Origin: Eledone cirrhosa
Taxonomy: Eukaryota
Reading direction: 5' to 3'
Length of the DNA stretch: 64,000 nucleotides
NCBI GenBank assembly: GCA_964016885.1
Contig: OZ024746.1
Span: 98,766,001 to 98,830,000, forward strand
Positions within the stretch are counted from its first letter, which is position 1. Each line of letters opens with the position of its first letter. Of the stretch, positions 1 to 56,674 are shown in pieces. The notes below the pieces were generated by a model. That model saw only the letters and a program-made list of their open reading frames with translations. It was not told the origin of the DNA and did not search any database. The position numbers were made by a program, and so were the translations under genes.

Positions 1-3000
1 TTCACTAGAATTCTTTAGAGTAGAAATAGTATGTTCTAAAGTATATATTGGGTGATTAGACTAATTAGCATACCAAGTAATATTATGGCTGGCTTTAGTG
101 AAAATTAAAAACAAAATTAGAATTTGGCTTTTCGTTTTAACATAGCGGATATGTAAATGCATTTGTGAGTTTGATATTGAATAATAATGGTTTCTTTTAT
201 AGGCACAAGGCCAGCAATTTTAGGGGAGGAGAAAGTCGATTAAATCGACCCCAGTGCATTACTGGTACTTTATTTTATCGACCCCGTAAGGATGAAAGAC
301 AAAGTTAACCTCGGCGGGATTTAAACTCAAATCATAAAGGGCTGTAAACTCTGGCGTCCGACCTACCGATACTGCCAATCCACCACCCTTTTATATCGAA
401 TAATAATGAGGCTGTTTGCTTGCAAACGAATCGAATATTATTATTTGATATAATACAAATACATTTATGTATCTGCTATGTTAGAGCGGAAAACCAAATT
501 CTAATTTTGCTTCCCTTTAGCATTTAGACAGGCCGTATCTGGCCAGAATTCTCTCACCTCTTTCTGTTCAAACTGGCCATAACTGGCTACTCATATTTAT
601 GTTACGGTATTGATCTAAGAATAACATCAAAATCTGATAGATTTGATATTTATGTGAGATAAAGTTTTTACTGTGAAAACACAATAGTATATATAGAGTA
701 ATACAAATGCTAAAGGGGTCTTGTTCCACATAACTGCATCACCTAATGTAAGGGAGAACACTCTAATCCATTCTACCTGAGTTTCTAACTACACGTGGTT
801 TGTAGCATTTGCTAATTGTGCTGAAGGTGTTTTTTGTGTGAGAAATTGTTCAAACAATTTAAGGTGGTTAAAGTGATCAGTTGGAGACAGTTGCTTCTGA
901 CAGGACCCACTGGAATAAGGAAGAAGAGTGGTGACCAATTAAGATAAGAATTTAACACTGTACACAAATCTATTGGAGAGAAACAACAAAGATTGATTAA
1001 ATACTGAAATAAAGATTACATTTAATTAACCTTTAGAACGCTAGAAATTTATAGAAGTGTTTGAGGACTCTGTCCCCACGACCCTCTCAGGAATATGTGG
1101 GTGAAGAAGAAAGAGATAGAGGGCAGTGATGAAAAAAGCTAGAGCCATGCTAAGTCTCCAAGAACAGTTACAAGTGTTGGATCATTTGAAAGCCATGTCA
1201 ATGGTCAATGTAGTATGGAAATGTGCCTAATGCCCCAGCATGGCCTCAGCTGGGTGGCTGGAATAGGTAAGAGTACCCATGCAATAAAACAAAAAACGAA
1301 ATTTCACTTGCTGGGGTGTCTCAGGTTTGTGATAAATTGCTTGTCAGGACCCAGAAAGTATCAACATTAGAGGAGGATGAGTAGAGTTATAAAAAAAAAA
1401 AAAAGGGGGTTAACTATAAGAGAGAGTTTCATAGCTTTAATAAAGTATCAGGGTCCGATAGAGAAGTAGCACCAGAGTTCTTAAAACACCTGAAAAAGCA
1501 ATCAATATGAAATGGGCTTTATCTGAAAAAATATGGTGAATCGTAACTACATTGATAAGAGTTCCAATCAGGATCATTCTATGCTGGTATTATATGGTAA
1601 CTGACAGGTCATATGATCAACCCATACCTAGCGTAAAGGGCTAAAAATCTATATATCCTTAAAAACAAAAAATATGCTGCCTGCTTTCAGGCAGCACAGG
1701 TGGGTAGGTCATCTCTATATTATCACACCTCTAGTTATTCAACCCTTCCTAACAGGTAAAGCAGACATTAAATAGTGGCTTCTGATTTAAACATATGGGC
1801 AACAGTATTTGGGGAAAGTCGATTAAATCAACCCCAGTTCATTACTGGTACTTTATTTTATCGACCACATAAGCATAACTGGCAAAGTTAACCTCATTAA
1901 ATAATTGTTTCTACTTTTGGCACAAGGCCAGCAAATACCCAGTACATTACTGGTACTTTATTTTATCGACCCCGTAAGCATGAAAGGCAAAGTTAACCTC
2001 GGCAGGATTTGAACTCAGAAAGTAAAGGGCCGTAAATGATGAGAGATGTTCTATATAAGGTATGTTAAACAAGCAGCCTTTTACAAACACACTTGTGGCC
2101 TGCACAAAGGTTTTTATAGTGTGAACATGTTTTATCTTCATAATATAAAATAAAACAAATTAGTTGTCGTGTATGGCCCTCGCGGGACCCTCAGTTTGAC
2201 ATGCCTCTTCTATATAATACAGAACAGATTTCCATTTTAACATGGAGGATAGTTCTGGATTTGATTTCTCTGTGCAGCAACATAGAAAACAAAACATATT
2301 TACCCCAGGTTGACTAATACCTCATGACTGGAATTTAATGGACGGAAGATGTGCAGCAACCCATACTATATATGGTTATGTGCTGCTGTGTTAATATTTA
2401 CATCAGTCAACAAAACCAAACCAATGTTGTGGTTTATGCCCTGTAACTTAAAGTAAAAGGCCCCTTTGGTCACAAATGACCATGGCATTTGGACCTAGAA
2501 AGTTCCCCACTGAGGCACATGTCTGGACAAGGTTGTTTGTAGAAGACCAGCAGTCATCCATACATACCAGTCTCTCCTCTGCACGCCAACAATGTTGTCC
2601 AAGGGAAAGGCAATGGCCGATACACCTTGGCATCAGTAACATCGCAACTCATTTCTAGAGCTGAGTAAACTGGAGCAAGTGTCTTGCTGAAGGACACAAT
2701 GCAAAACCCCACTGCAGGTGGACTGGTAATTGCCCACTTTGCTATCTTCAATTCAGTATTCGTGCTAACCCTTACCTATGGTCATGAATCTTGGGTAATG
2801 ACCAAAGAATCTTATCGTGAATACAAGCAGCTGAAATGGGGTTCCTCTGAAGGGTCTTTGGAGTAACGTTACTTGATTGAGGAAGTAGCTTGGAGATGAG
2901 AGAATCACTCCAGGTAGAGCTGTTACTTCTACGAGTTGAGAGATCACAGCTCCGATACTATGGGCATGTGGTTAGAATGTCTCAGGAAAAAAAAATCGCA

Positions 3001-3927
3001 AAACCAATTGGCAGGAGACCCAGAGCAAGATGGTTGGATAACGTCCATTAGCTTGGCTGGACTCACTTGGGAATCCAGCCGGATCAGTTGGAGACTGTTG
3101 CTTCTGACAGGACCCACTGGAAGGAGTGAGCTAAGAAGAAGAATAGCTTACAGTTCACAAGAAAATCAGCCTTTGCACCAAAGGAATGACATGTAAAATT
3201 TTAAAACATTTAAAACATTTTGATAAAATTTAAATATCCTTATGACAGGATAAACTATGTAATTATTTCCATGATCAATCACATTAAAACATACAAATGT
3301 TTCACATATTCTTAACATTAAAATAAGAAAAAGAATTCAACATTTTGGCCAAATTGTATTTTTAAAACTCGTTTGAATTTAAAATATAAATAATTTTGGT
3401 TAAGAAAGCTAGTTGAAGAGAATCTGTGCAGCCTCAACTGTTCCTTACTCACTCAATGAGATTATAAGATTCGTACATAAGGAAACAGCTGTGCATGGAG
3501 AATGATAGTTGTATGTCATATAAACTCGGACTATTGATAGTTTCTATACTACAGTCAAATCTTTGTTATTCACAGTAATTATGTAATATCTGCAGACATT
3601 ATATAATGGACACGGTAGTACGTTCTCAGCAGGTGATTGTTGAACTTTAAAGGAAAAATGTTTATTTATAACGACACATCCAAGCCTAGTCCCTGCCATT
3701 ACTAAATCTAACAGTTTCAGGCTTATAGTGACATGTGGCCTCCTATAGAGGAAATCAGTCAACTGGCCGTTGTGATGAAACGCAGTGGTGGGAAATTCAA
3801 AGACTGACTTCTAGCCATAAGCTCTCAGTCAGAAACAAGTACAAAGTTGCAAGAAAAATATAAATCAAACATGTTCAACTTACATTGAAATGCAAATCCA
3901 CCAAAATGATATATAAAGATTAAATAT

Positions 3928-3933
3928 TTTATT
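3928..3933 (-). terminator. Candidate AATAAA polyadenylation signal of NCAPH2
   Basis: AATAAA about 270 nt after the stop, followed by U/GU-rich sequence; a second candidate lies at 3661-3666. Confidence 0.35.
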
Positions 3934-4202
3934 TCCTCAATTGATCTGAACTGCAAGAAATCAGCCCTTATTTCATACCAGAAGTCCAATTTACGACTGC
4001 ATAGAAAGTTACCCTGTACTTCTACAGCCTGTCATAATTAAGGGTTTAGTATCATGCAGGAATCCCATTTTCGTTGTTCATGTAGAAAGGCTAAGGTCAC
4101 TTATTGTATGCATTGGAATTCTAGATTTGAAAAATGAATGTACATAATTTTTACAGTAAAAACATTTTCTGTTGATAATCTCCTTGCTTAACAAAATAGT
4201 CT

Positions 4203-46712
<42,510 letters not shown>

Positions 46713-48889
46713 TGTTGCTGCAAAGAAAAAAGATTAACATAGTTTTACAAATATAAACAAATATTAAACATGAGTAAAACAGAAATTAACTATTTAACTT
46801 CTCGATATTGCAACTGATACCAGAGAGGAATTCAAATATATAGCATTATCAAAGTGTGAGACATATTGACCAATGGTTTCAAAGCAGCTGTATGATGCTA
46901 TGCTACCTTCTTTGCAAAGGTAATTAACGCTTTAGCATTTAAACCCGCCGTATCCAGGCAGAATTCTCTCACCTCCTTCTGTTCAAACAGGCCCTCATAC
47001 TGGCGTTAAGGTATTGTTCTCAAAATAAATGACATCAAAATCTCATAGATACGATATTATGTAAGATAAAGCCTTTACCACAAAAATACACCAGTAAATA
47101 TAGAGTAATGTAAATGGTAAAGATTTAAGCCTGTAACAGCTCTTGGATATCTTTAGTAAAGTCCACTCTACTGCAATCATCTGGACTAGATCTCTGGTGA
47201 GGAAAACTCCTGCCAGCAGAACAGGTAAAAAAGGAAATATTGATGGTGGAACATGGTGACAAATGAAAATTTGGTGGGTAGTTTAGATAATTTTGTGCTG
47301 AAATCAAATCTTCTCAGACAACAAATGAATTAACCCTTTGGCATTTAAACCGGCTGTATCTGGCCAGAATTCTCTAACCTCTTTCTCTTCAAACTGGCCA
47401 TAACCAGCCATTCATACTGATGTTAAGGTATTGTTCTCAAAATAAATATCAAAATCTCATATTCGATATTATGTGAGATAATTATGTAAGATAAAGCCTT
47501 TACCACAAAAATACAATAGTATATATAGAGTAATGTAAATGGTAAAGAGTTAATCCAGATATATACAGCCTCATCACCATTTTTACATCTGCTTTTCCAT
47601 GTTTGCATGGATTGGACGGGTCTTTCTCAGCATGGAATCTCTTCACATGCTGCGATTGTTTGTCATCACCTCTGAGTTTCAATGATTTGAGGTCAAGTCT
47701 TTCTTGGTCTACTTCTACTGCAACTTCCTTCAACTGACATTTCCTGACACTTCTTCCTCCAACAATCATTGTCCATGTATATCACATGCCCTGCATACCA
47801 CCTTGAATACCTCTTAAACACAGTTGTCCTTCAACTCATCCAAGCTCTTTAAAATAAAATCTCTTTATATTCAATTGACTCAAACCAATACTAACAGAAT
47901 TTCAACAGGTAAAACTTAATGCAAATCTCATTTTGTCAAAGTATTTGCTCTTTAATTTATACTGATTGTGATAATTCTTATTTGTTAACAATCCAATTTC
48001 TATCCTAGCCTACATATCAACCCCTTAACCCATTAACATTTAAACCGGCCATATCTGGCCAGAATTCTTTCAACTCTTCTGTTCAAACTGGCTATAACTA
48101 GCCAGTCATACTGATGTTAAGGTATTGTTCTCAAAATAAATAATATCAAAATCTCATAGATTTAATATTATGTGAGATAAAGCCTTTAGCATGAAAATAT
48201 AATAGTAAGTATAGCAACTCCAGCACCCCTTGTTGAGGTGTGTGGGTCTTCTTCTTCACCTACTTATTCCTGGTCATGGGGGCAGAGTCCTCAAACATTC
48301 CCTCCAGCGGCTCCTCTCAGAAGCAACCATCTCCAACTGATTTGGCTGGATCCCCAAGATGGACCAGCCAAGCTCATGGATGTTATCCAGCCAAGAGAGA
48401 TCACAGCTCTGATACTATGAGTATGTCATTAGAATGTTAAAGGAAAGAATCACTGGAGAGTCACTCAAAGTAGAGCAATTACTTCTCCTAATTAAGAGAT
48501 CACAGCTCTGATACTATGGACATGTGGTTAGATTGTTTAGTGTTCTGTCAGACCTAGGATTATTTACTTGAGTAAATATCACCAGAATCTAACTACTAAT
48601 TTTTTTATACAGAAAAGGATAAGATATATTTACAAAACACCATATCGAATACAAGTCTTCATTTTATTTTAACTCCGTCATAATCGTGGTACACAAAATT
48701 AGGTTTAGTCCAAGCTCGTGGTTAACATGTTGTCGGTTCGAAGGAAAGCGCCAAAGAGAGGAAGAGCAGGCTTGGTTGCCTCTATTTATAACCTCTTTCC
48801 GGAAGTTGCAAAAGAGGGTTCTAGACTTTCGACGGGAAGTAACTCTAACTACTTCCCTGTCTAGAGAGCGCTACAATTGTTTCAGGAAA

Positions 48890-49420
48890 GAATCACTGGA
48901 GAGTCACTCCTGGTAGAGCCGATACTTCTCCTAATTGAGACATCACAGCTCTGATACTATGGGCATGTGGTTAGATTGTCTCAGGAAAGAATCACTGGAG
49001 AGTCACTTATGATAGAGCCAATACTTCTCCAAATTGAGAGATCACAGCTCTGATACTATGGGCATGTGGTTAGATTGTCTCAGGAAAGAATCACTAGAGA
49101 GTCACTTATGATAGAGCCAATACTTCTCCAAATTGAGAGATCACAGCTCTGATACTATGGGCATGTGGTTAGATTGTCTCAGGAAAGAATCACTGGAGAG
49201 TCACTTATGATAGAGCCAATACTTCTCCAAATTGAGAGATCACAGCTCTGATACTATGGGCATGTGGTTAGATTGTCTCAGGAAAGAATCACTGGAGAGT
49301 CACTCCTGGTAGAGCCATTACTTCTCCAAATTGAGAGATCACAGCTCTGATACTATGGACATGTGGTTAGATTGTCTCAGGAAAGAATCGCTGGACAGAT
49401 TTTACAGGCAAAACCAACTG
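48890..49420 (+). repeat. 99-bp tandem array derived from RTE coding sequence
   Basis: Unit gagatcacagctctgatactatgggcatgtggttagattgtctcaggaaagaatcactggagagtcac...; paralogous array at 29360-29850. Confidence 0.85.
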
Positions 49421-51493
49421 CAAGGGTCTTCTCTCACTTTTTAATTATATATATACATATTGTGTTTATCAAATTGCATTTCATAGTTAGTCTGCTCCTG
49501 TTTTCCATTCTGTTCAGTGACTTATCAAGTCATGTATCTCCAAATGCCAATGTGTTTCCTAAAACATTACTTCAGCATAGTCTTTCTTTTATATTTCGTG
49601 TGCCAATGTGTTTCCTAAAACATTACTTCAGCATAGTCTTTCTTTTATATTTCGTGTAATGAAATCTCACTTACTTCACTGCAAACACTTTATTCTGCAT
49701 TTGAGCTGTACAGTTCATTTAAAAAATACAATCCATCGGAAAGATCCAATGTTACCTGCATAGATTGTGTCCTATTTACGAAAGGCCTTATTTCCCTTTC
49801 ATTCACTTAATGCTGTCAATACTAAGTACAAGATTTGTTATTATTATTTTTTGGTGTATTGGCAGAATCGGTAGAGGGTTGGACGCCATGCTTTCTAGCA
49901 TAGTTACGTCCCTTTACAGTCTGAGTTCAAATCCCGCCGAGGTTAACTTTGCCTTTCATCCTTACGGGGTCGATAAAATAAAATACCAGTAATGTACTGA
50001 GTAATTGCTGACCTTGTGCCAAAAGTAGAAACAATTATTTTTCTTCTTTAAAGAAATCATTATTTTTGGTGGAGTGGCAGTATGGGTAAAGGGTCGGACG
50101 CCATGCTTAGCAGCATAGAGTTACGACCCTTTATGGCCTGAGTTCAAATCCTGCCGAGGTTAACTTTGCCTTTCATCCTTACGGGGTCGATAAAATAAAG
50201 TACCAGTAATGTACTGGTTATTTGCTGGCCTTGTGCCAAAAGTAAAAATAATTATTTTTCTTCTTTTTAACCCTTTCATTAGCATATTTTTAATAAAGTA
50301 CACTCTCCATACTGTTCATGCATTTTGAAAATGATCGAGAATTTAGAGAGGTTTAACTTTCTCATTACCAAGCTGGTGTTCTTACGATTATTTTAGATAT
50401 ATAAACACATTAAAATACAATCTTGAATCACAACAGGGGTGGTTTCAGGTGGATTGGTATCGTAGGGGCTATATATGTATATATATATATATACATACAT
50501 ATATCCATGAGAGAGGGTAGCAATGACTGACACTAAATTAAAATAACTTTTCTTGCTTGTTTACATTAAGGATATGATATATAACTTAAAACAGAAAGGA
50601 ATTCGTTTAAAGTAAAATAAATGTTTGTGATACAATATTTACATAATTGTTTCTACTTTTGGCACAAGGCCAGCAATTACTCAGTGTATTACTGGTACTT
50701 TATTTTTATCGACCCCGTAAGGATGAAAGACAAAGTTAACCTCGACGGGGATGACTAAATATCCTGTAATAATACACAACAGTGGGCTTGAAATAAATAT
50801 TTTACAAGTTGATAGATTTATTAATGAGCCCATTTGACCGATGTTCGTTTAATTAAAGTTGGACTAAAGATCGGACACTGTCCCACAAAGAGATTCAACT
50901 TCATCTCCAACAGTGATAGTAGATCGTTAAAACTTTAGTGACATTGAGTGATGATCAGAGATTTTTGCAAACAAACGGAGACAATATAAATACTATATAA
51001 TACTATATAAACAGAGACAATATAAATACTACATAATACTATATAGACAGTAAACATACCAGGAAATATATATTTCTTGTTGATATTTTACTTTCAATAT
51101 TTACTAATAATTTCTAAACAGCTTATATTATATATAATACTACACACGTTTAAAATAAGTTGTTGAGGTGACAAGGAAATAAAGTGTAGAAATACATGCA
51201 ACATATGATTCATCAACACTAAATATAAATGTGGAATTATATTCCTTAATTAATTAACGTTTTCTAAACTATTTTAATGATATCTTAATTTCAGAAACCT
51301 TCACATAAACAACCTCGCTTTCATTTATTAGGAAAAGAATATTAAGTGAATGTCACGTGAAAAACTGAAATTATTACATAGAAAATTAAAAAAATATTAG
51401 ATTTTCATCAAGGTAAATAAAAGTGAAGTAAAGTAAGTGATTTCATGCTAGTTTTATATAAATATAAATACCTTTTTCTTATATTAACGTCAC

Positions 51494-51745
51494 CTCATTC
51501 GGGAAATTTAGTTTTCATACAATCCGCGCCGTAACATATTACTGAATTCATGTAATCTCAATGCTGATTGGTCAAATTCGTAAATGACGCAAATATTCTG
51601 ACAAAATTAACCAATAGTTGCTGTTGTTTTAAATCATTCTTCTTACTATATTTATTAATTTCGGTGACAGACTATTTTTTCGCGAAGTTTTTCCTATGTC
51701 AATATATTTTTCATTTAAATCAAATTTACCCCAAATGGTGAGTGA
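51494..51745. promoter_or_regulatory. Putative NCAPH2 non-coding first exon and promoter (cell-cycle type, possibly bidirectional)
   Basis: Minus-strand donor GAG|GTGAC at 51494; ATTGG 51567-51571 and CCAAT 51611-51615; TGACGCAA 51585-51592; E2F-like TTTCGCG 51678-51684 and TTTCCCG (minus, about 51500); CHR-like TTTAAA 51628-51633; repeat-free, CpG-containing stretch. Confidence 0.55.
51735..51737 (+). CDS. Possible ATG-only first coding exon of a divergent gene
   Basis: caaaATG immediately followed by consensus donor GTGAGT; no downstream exon identified in the window. Confidence 0.35.
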
Positions 51746-52499
51746 CCGGAGGTTATATATATATATATATACATATATCGACGTTAAAATAACTAATATA
51801 TGTTCAACATCAATATTATTGATATAAATGTTCTAGATGGTGGTTTGCAGTGCTTTATGAATAGTTAAAAGTCTGTTTCAAAGTTGAACTTATAGTTTTT
51901 ATTAAATAATATATATACATAAATAACATTACAAATTGATCACAAATCTTTCAGAATAACATTACAAATATAATGTCGTTGATAAACACAAATATAAACA
52001 ACACATATAACATACAATTAACTATTGCTAGGAACCTCACAAAAGCAACTCACCAAAATATATGACCAGAGCAAGAGAAAGAAAAATAGAACTTGTTCGG
52101 CAAGGAATTTAATCTAAGATCGTGTGTTAAAATTGAAAGAATTAACTCGGGATGGATTGATGTTTAACATTGAAAACATACATACTGTTAAATGTTCTCC
52201 TTCGTTACACCCTGTTGGACTAGTGTAATTATTAAATGAATGAAAGTTCACCGTTACAGCTATAATCTGATGACCACATACACTATGCTGTTAAGTTACT
52301 TCGGTGTTACACCAACATACGCCTTAAACACGTATAGATGTGTGTATATATTTTTTTCCCCTTCATCTATCATTAATTTATTACAAATAATTTGCAACAG
52401 GTTTCTTTTTAGAAGTTTTAAGAATTGTGGAAACTTAAGGGATTCTCGGATACAAAGATAGTGAGATCAAAAAGCATGGCTTGGGCTTCAGCTAGCCTG

Positions 52500-52900
52500 G
52501 TCGGACCGAAGAGACGGCATATCAATCTTCCCATTCCACAATGATAGGCCCTTCATATGGGATGCTAAATACTGTGGCACCTCCCGTGGAAACCTGGTGC
52601 ACTCGGTAACTAACCCAGGTTTCGCTGCTCGTCAGGCCAAAGACTGCAAATTATCTAAATATCGGCCACTCTCCGATAGGTTTATGGTCGAATCTGTTGT
52701 GGTGGATACGTCCATCGTTTTTTTGGCCCCCGAAGCACATCACTACTCACTAATATCGGGGAAGAGTTGGTTAACCGTAGGAGCGACTTGGAATGACTAG
52801 TCCAACGCGTCTGTCTATCCATCCTCCGGGGTAACGTTTTTTCTATTCTGTCCGCTGGGACCACAAGGCGGCCTACACAGCTACCCCGACACACAAGAGA
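52500..52900 (+). mobile_element. CRE-like non-LTR retrotransposon 3-prime end (restriction-like endonuclease remnant)
   Basis: DGISIFPF..WD..AARQAKDCKLSKY..F..VVVDT then QRxS..RGNxxSI-like ending; related minus copies at 19830-20190 and 37440-37680. Confidence 0.6.
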
Positions 52901-53977
52901 ACTCCCCCCCCCCCATACCGTAGGGGCTCTGACACCTGGCTTTCTGATACCCTCTTATCTTCTCTTCTATTTACTATATCATGTTGCACGTGCAACTAGT
53001 AATAGTATTTGATCCGTCTGGCACTTAGGGCTGTATTTAATGAGAGGCAAATGGAGCAATTGTCCCGAGCCCCGTGCAGTGAGGGCCCCACCAGCGACGG
53101 CCGTTGCAATTTATTTGTGCCGTCGAATTTTTGAATTTAATACCTTTATGTATAACTTTTCAATTCCAATTACTTGTGCCAAGCTAACTTTGATATGTAA
53201 AATGGGGGGGGGGGGAGTATTCTAATTTGTTGTGTATGAGGGACCCGCCAAACCTGAAGTGCCCCGGGTCCCCCTAAAGTCTAAATCCAACCCTGCCATG
53301 CTGCCCTTCTAACAAAGTATAGTATTGTGCCTGTCTATTCAATTCTCCCTACCACCAACCTTATTTCAATTCTACCTCATCATGAGAGATTCCATTGGAT
53401 CTGCTCACATTCGATAAACTCTGCCATCATAACCTTCTTTGCTGTCAGCCATCATTCTCATTCACTTGTTATTGACATGGCGGGTTAGATTTAGACCTTG
53501 GGGGCTTCTCATACACAAAAAAAAAAAAATAGAATAGCTTGCCCCGTGGCATCAAAAATGATGGCTAATTGTAATATCTATACATAATATAAAAAAGAGA
53601 TGTTAGTTGGTTGGCTGTTTGGTTGGTTCCTTCGCGCTCACTCACAAGTGATACAAACATACAAACACACAGCTGTGATGAATCTTAGAACGCTGAACTT
53701 CTATAGTTTCTCACCCCCTCCTTCCTTAGTTGACGTAATCACCCCTTCCTTCCTCAGTCATCTCTACTGCATTATGGACAAATACACAAGGCTATTAGAA
53801 GGATCGGACGCCTTGCTTTGACGCATAGAGTTACGGCCCTTGCCATTCTGAGTCCAAATCCCGCCGAGGTTAACTTTGCCTTTCATCCTTACGGGGTCGA
53901 TAAAATAAAGTACCAGTAATGTACTGGATAATTGCTGGCCTTGCGCCAAAAGTAGAAACAATTATATTAGTAGACTG

Positions 53978-54195
53978 AGGGCGGTGGATTGGCAGTATTG
54001 GTAGAGAGTCGGACACCATGCTTTGCAGCATAGTTACGGCCCTTTACGGTCTGAGTTCAAATCCCACCGAGGTTAACTTTACCTTTCATCCTTACGGGGG
54101 CGATAAAATGAAGCACCAGTAACATACTGGGTCGATTTAACCGACTTCCCCTCCTCCCAAATTACTGGCCTTGTGCCTATACTAGAAATCATTAT
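53978..54195 (+). mobile_element. tRNA-derived SINE, representative of the dominant family (about 20 full or partial copies in the window)
   Basis: A-box tggcagtattggtaga, B-box gagttcaaatccc, body aactttgcctttcatccttacggggtcgataaaataaagtaccagt; copies near 181, 7695, 11585, 15302, 19598, 28645, 44325, 49850, 50065, 54973, 62897. Confidence 0.85.
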
Positions 54196-54675
54196 ATTAG
54201 TGTACTAGCTGGCCAAGTGTCCTAAAAAATGATGGCTAATTGTAATACGTATACATAATATAAAAAAAAAAGAAATGTTTGCTTGTTGGTTCTTTCACAC
54301 TCACACAAGTGATACAAACACACACAGCTAATAAGTGTAGTCAAATCGCTACACATATACACACACAGCTGTGACATTCTTAGAACGCTGGACCTCTATA
54401 GTTTCTCACCCCTCTCCTTCCTCGGCCATCTCATAGATGTGTGTGTATGCAATAATTATTTTTTCTAAGTGTGTCTGCTTATAATTATGTGTGTATCTGT
54501 AATTCTATTGTCTATGTATCTTTCTAAACACATACATATACACTCACACATATTATATATAAATATAATTTACATAAACACATATACACACACACACAAA
54601 CACACACAATCACAACAGCCGATGTGTGTAGCTAATAAACACACAGGTATAGCAAATATTAGACGCTGCCACCCA

Positions 54676-54930
54676 GTCGACGTCATCACCCCTTCCTTCC
54701 TCAGTCGACGTTGTCACCCCTTCCTTCCTAACTTGACGTCATCACCCCTTCCTTTTTAACCTGACGTCATCACCCTTTCCTTCCTTAGTCGACGATATCA
54801 CCCCTTCCTTCCTAAGTCGACGCTATCACCCCTTCCTTCTTCAGTCGACGATATCACCCCTTCCTTCCTAAGTCGACGCTATCACCCCTTCCTTCCTCAG
54901 TCAACGCTATCACCCCTTCCTTCCTCAGTC
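54676..54930. repeat. About 29-bp minisatellite, about 9 copies
   Basis: gtcgacgctatcaccccttccttcctca; single-unit paralogue at 53728-53760. Confidence 0.85.
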
Positions 54931-55652
54931 ATCTCTTGTGACAGACAAATACACAAGGTTATTTCCACCTCCAGGGCAGTGGATTGGCAGTATCGGTAGA
55001 GAGTCGGGAACCATGCTTGCATCATAGAGTTACGGCCCTTTACGGTCTGGGTTCAAATCCCACCAAGGTTAACTTTGCCTTTCATCCTTACGGGGTTGAT
55101 AAAATAAAGTACCAGTAACGTACTGGAGGGAAGGGGGAGATTTAATCGCCTTCTCCCCTCCCCCCTCAAATTACTGGCCTTGTGCCTATAGTATAAATCA
55201 TTATTTCCACCTCCATTATCCTCTCACCACAGCCACTCCTCCATCCATGATGGTATCTTCTTCTCCTACCACTCACTCAGTCATCACTCTTTCTTCTTTC
55301 TTGATCAGGCAGCTTTGTTCAAACAGAGACACCATACTGAAGTGAGTTTGCTGTAGTCTTGCAATACAAAAGACAATCTCATTAGTGCTAGCGTCATGAT
55401 ATAATGTTCCTAGTATAGTTTGTAAAATAGCTGGTCAACATATCTGTCATATATGGAGTATAACTTTGTCTCCAGCCTACTTGTGATTCCACTTCACTTC
55501 TGGGGTATTCATTGTATTATACATAGCAAGGAAAACATGATGAATGATGACGACATATTTATATATATATACATATATGTATGTACGTATACATATATGT
55601 ATGTATACATATATGTATGTACGTATACATACATATATATATATATATATAT

Positions 55653-56262
55653 GTAGATAAATCTACCAAAAGTTTACGGTAGTGTCCAATCCGTATGAAG
55701 AACTCAATGTAATCCGGATATCATGAAAAGAAGAGATGCATTCAAAAAATCACTTTCGGTGAAAGATAAACGGAATACAGAGTCAAGATAAAATATTAAA
55801 AAAATAATGAATAAACAAAAAAACAGTTCCTTATATTAAACAAAAAAAGTTCATTATTTTACGATCGTTTCTAGGACATATATGTGTTAGAATTGGTATG
55901 CATATTCAAAAGATCTATGTACAAAATTATACAAACTATCAAAGAGAATATACATACCATCACATATATATGCTGTCTTCAGAAATAATGATGCATATTT
56001 ATTGATAACAACAACAATTCAAAATTACATGTAATTTTGAATTGTTGTTGTTATCAATAAATATCCATCATTATTTCTGAAGACAGCATATATATGTGAT
56101 GGTATGTATATTCTCTTTGATAGTTTGTATAATTTTGTACATAGATCTTTTGAATATGCATACCAATTCTAACACATATATGTCCTAGAAACGATCGTAA
56201 AATAATGAACTTTTTTTGTTTAATATAAGGAACTGTTTCTTTGTTTATTCATTATTTTTTAA

Positions 56263-56271
<9 letters not shown>
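55653..56271. mobile_element. Penelope-like pseudo-LTR remnant forming a near-perfect spacerless palindrome (55788-56271) with a unique extension on the left
   Basis: About 242-bp arms centred on 56029/56030, about 3 mismatches by eye; hammerhead fold in each arm; bounded by (TA)n. Confidence 0.7.
56068..56208 (+). ncRNA. Type I hammerhead ribozyme fold with long stem II (mirror copy 55851-55991 on minus)
   Basis: Stem I TCATTATTT/AAATAATGA, core CTGAAGA 56077-56083, GAAA at 56188, palindromic helix III ACGATCGT, GTA cleavage triplet. Confidence 0.75.
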
Positions 56272-56313
<42 letters not shown>

Positions 56314-56382
56314 TATGAAGAGAGAAGAAACATTTAGATATAATTAGTAATAAAATGTATCATACCTAAACTGTTCCTAAAT

Positions 56383-56470
56383 TCCTCGACTACGTAGTTT
56401 CGTGGCATAAACAAAAACAATATATCAAAGATATAGAGTCCTTGCGAGGTCTGCCGACTTATCAAGAGGA
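56383..56470 (-). ncRNA. Type I hammerhead ribozyme, U3-A8 core variant (inverted copy)
   Basis: Reverse complement of 56675-56762. Confidence 0.75.
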
Positions 56471-56674
56471 TACCTCATTTTACTAGTCTCAAGAACGCGT
56501 CTACACGACGTGAGAAAGAATCCCAAAAGGCGGAGGGGGAGATAGTCACGCGATATAACGGTCGAGAAACAGAGCTAAGCCTCTTATAACCACGAAGAAA
56601 ATACCCCCCCTCCGCCTTTTGGGATTCTTTCTCACGTCGTGTAGACGCGTTCTTGAGACTAGTAAAATGAGGTA

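Noticed and set aside
53978-54070. tRNA gene
   Set aside because: A/B boxes continue into a SINE body; no cloverleaf; about 20 diverged copies
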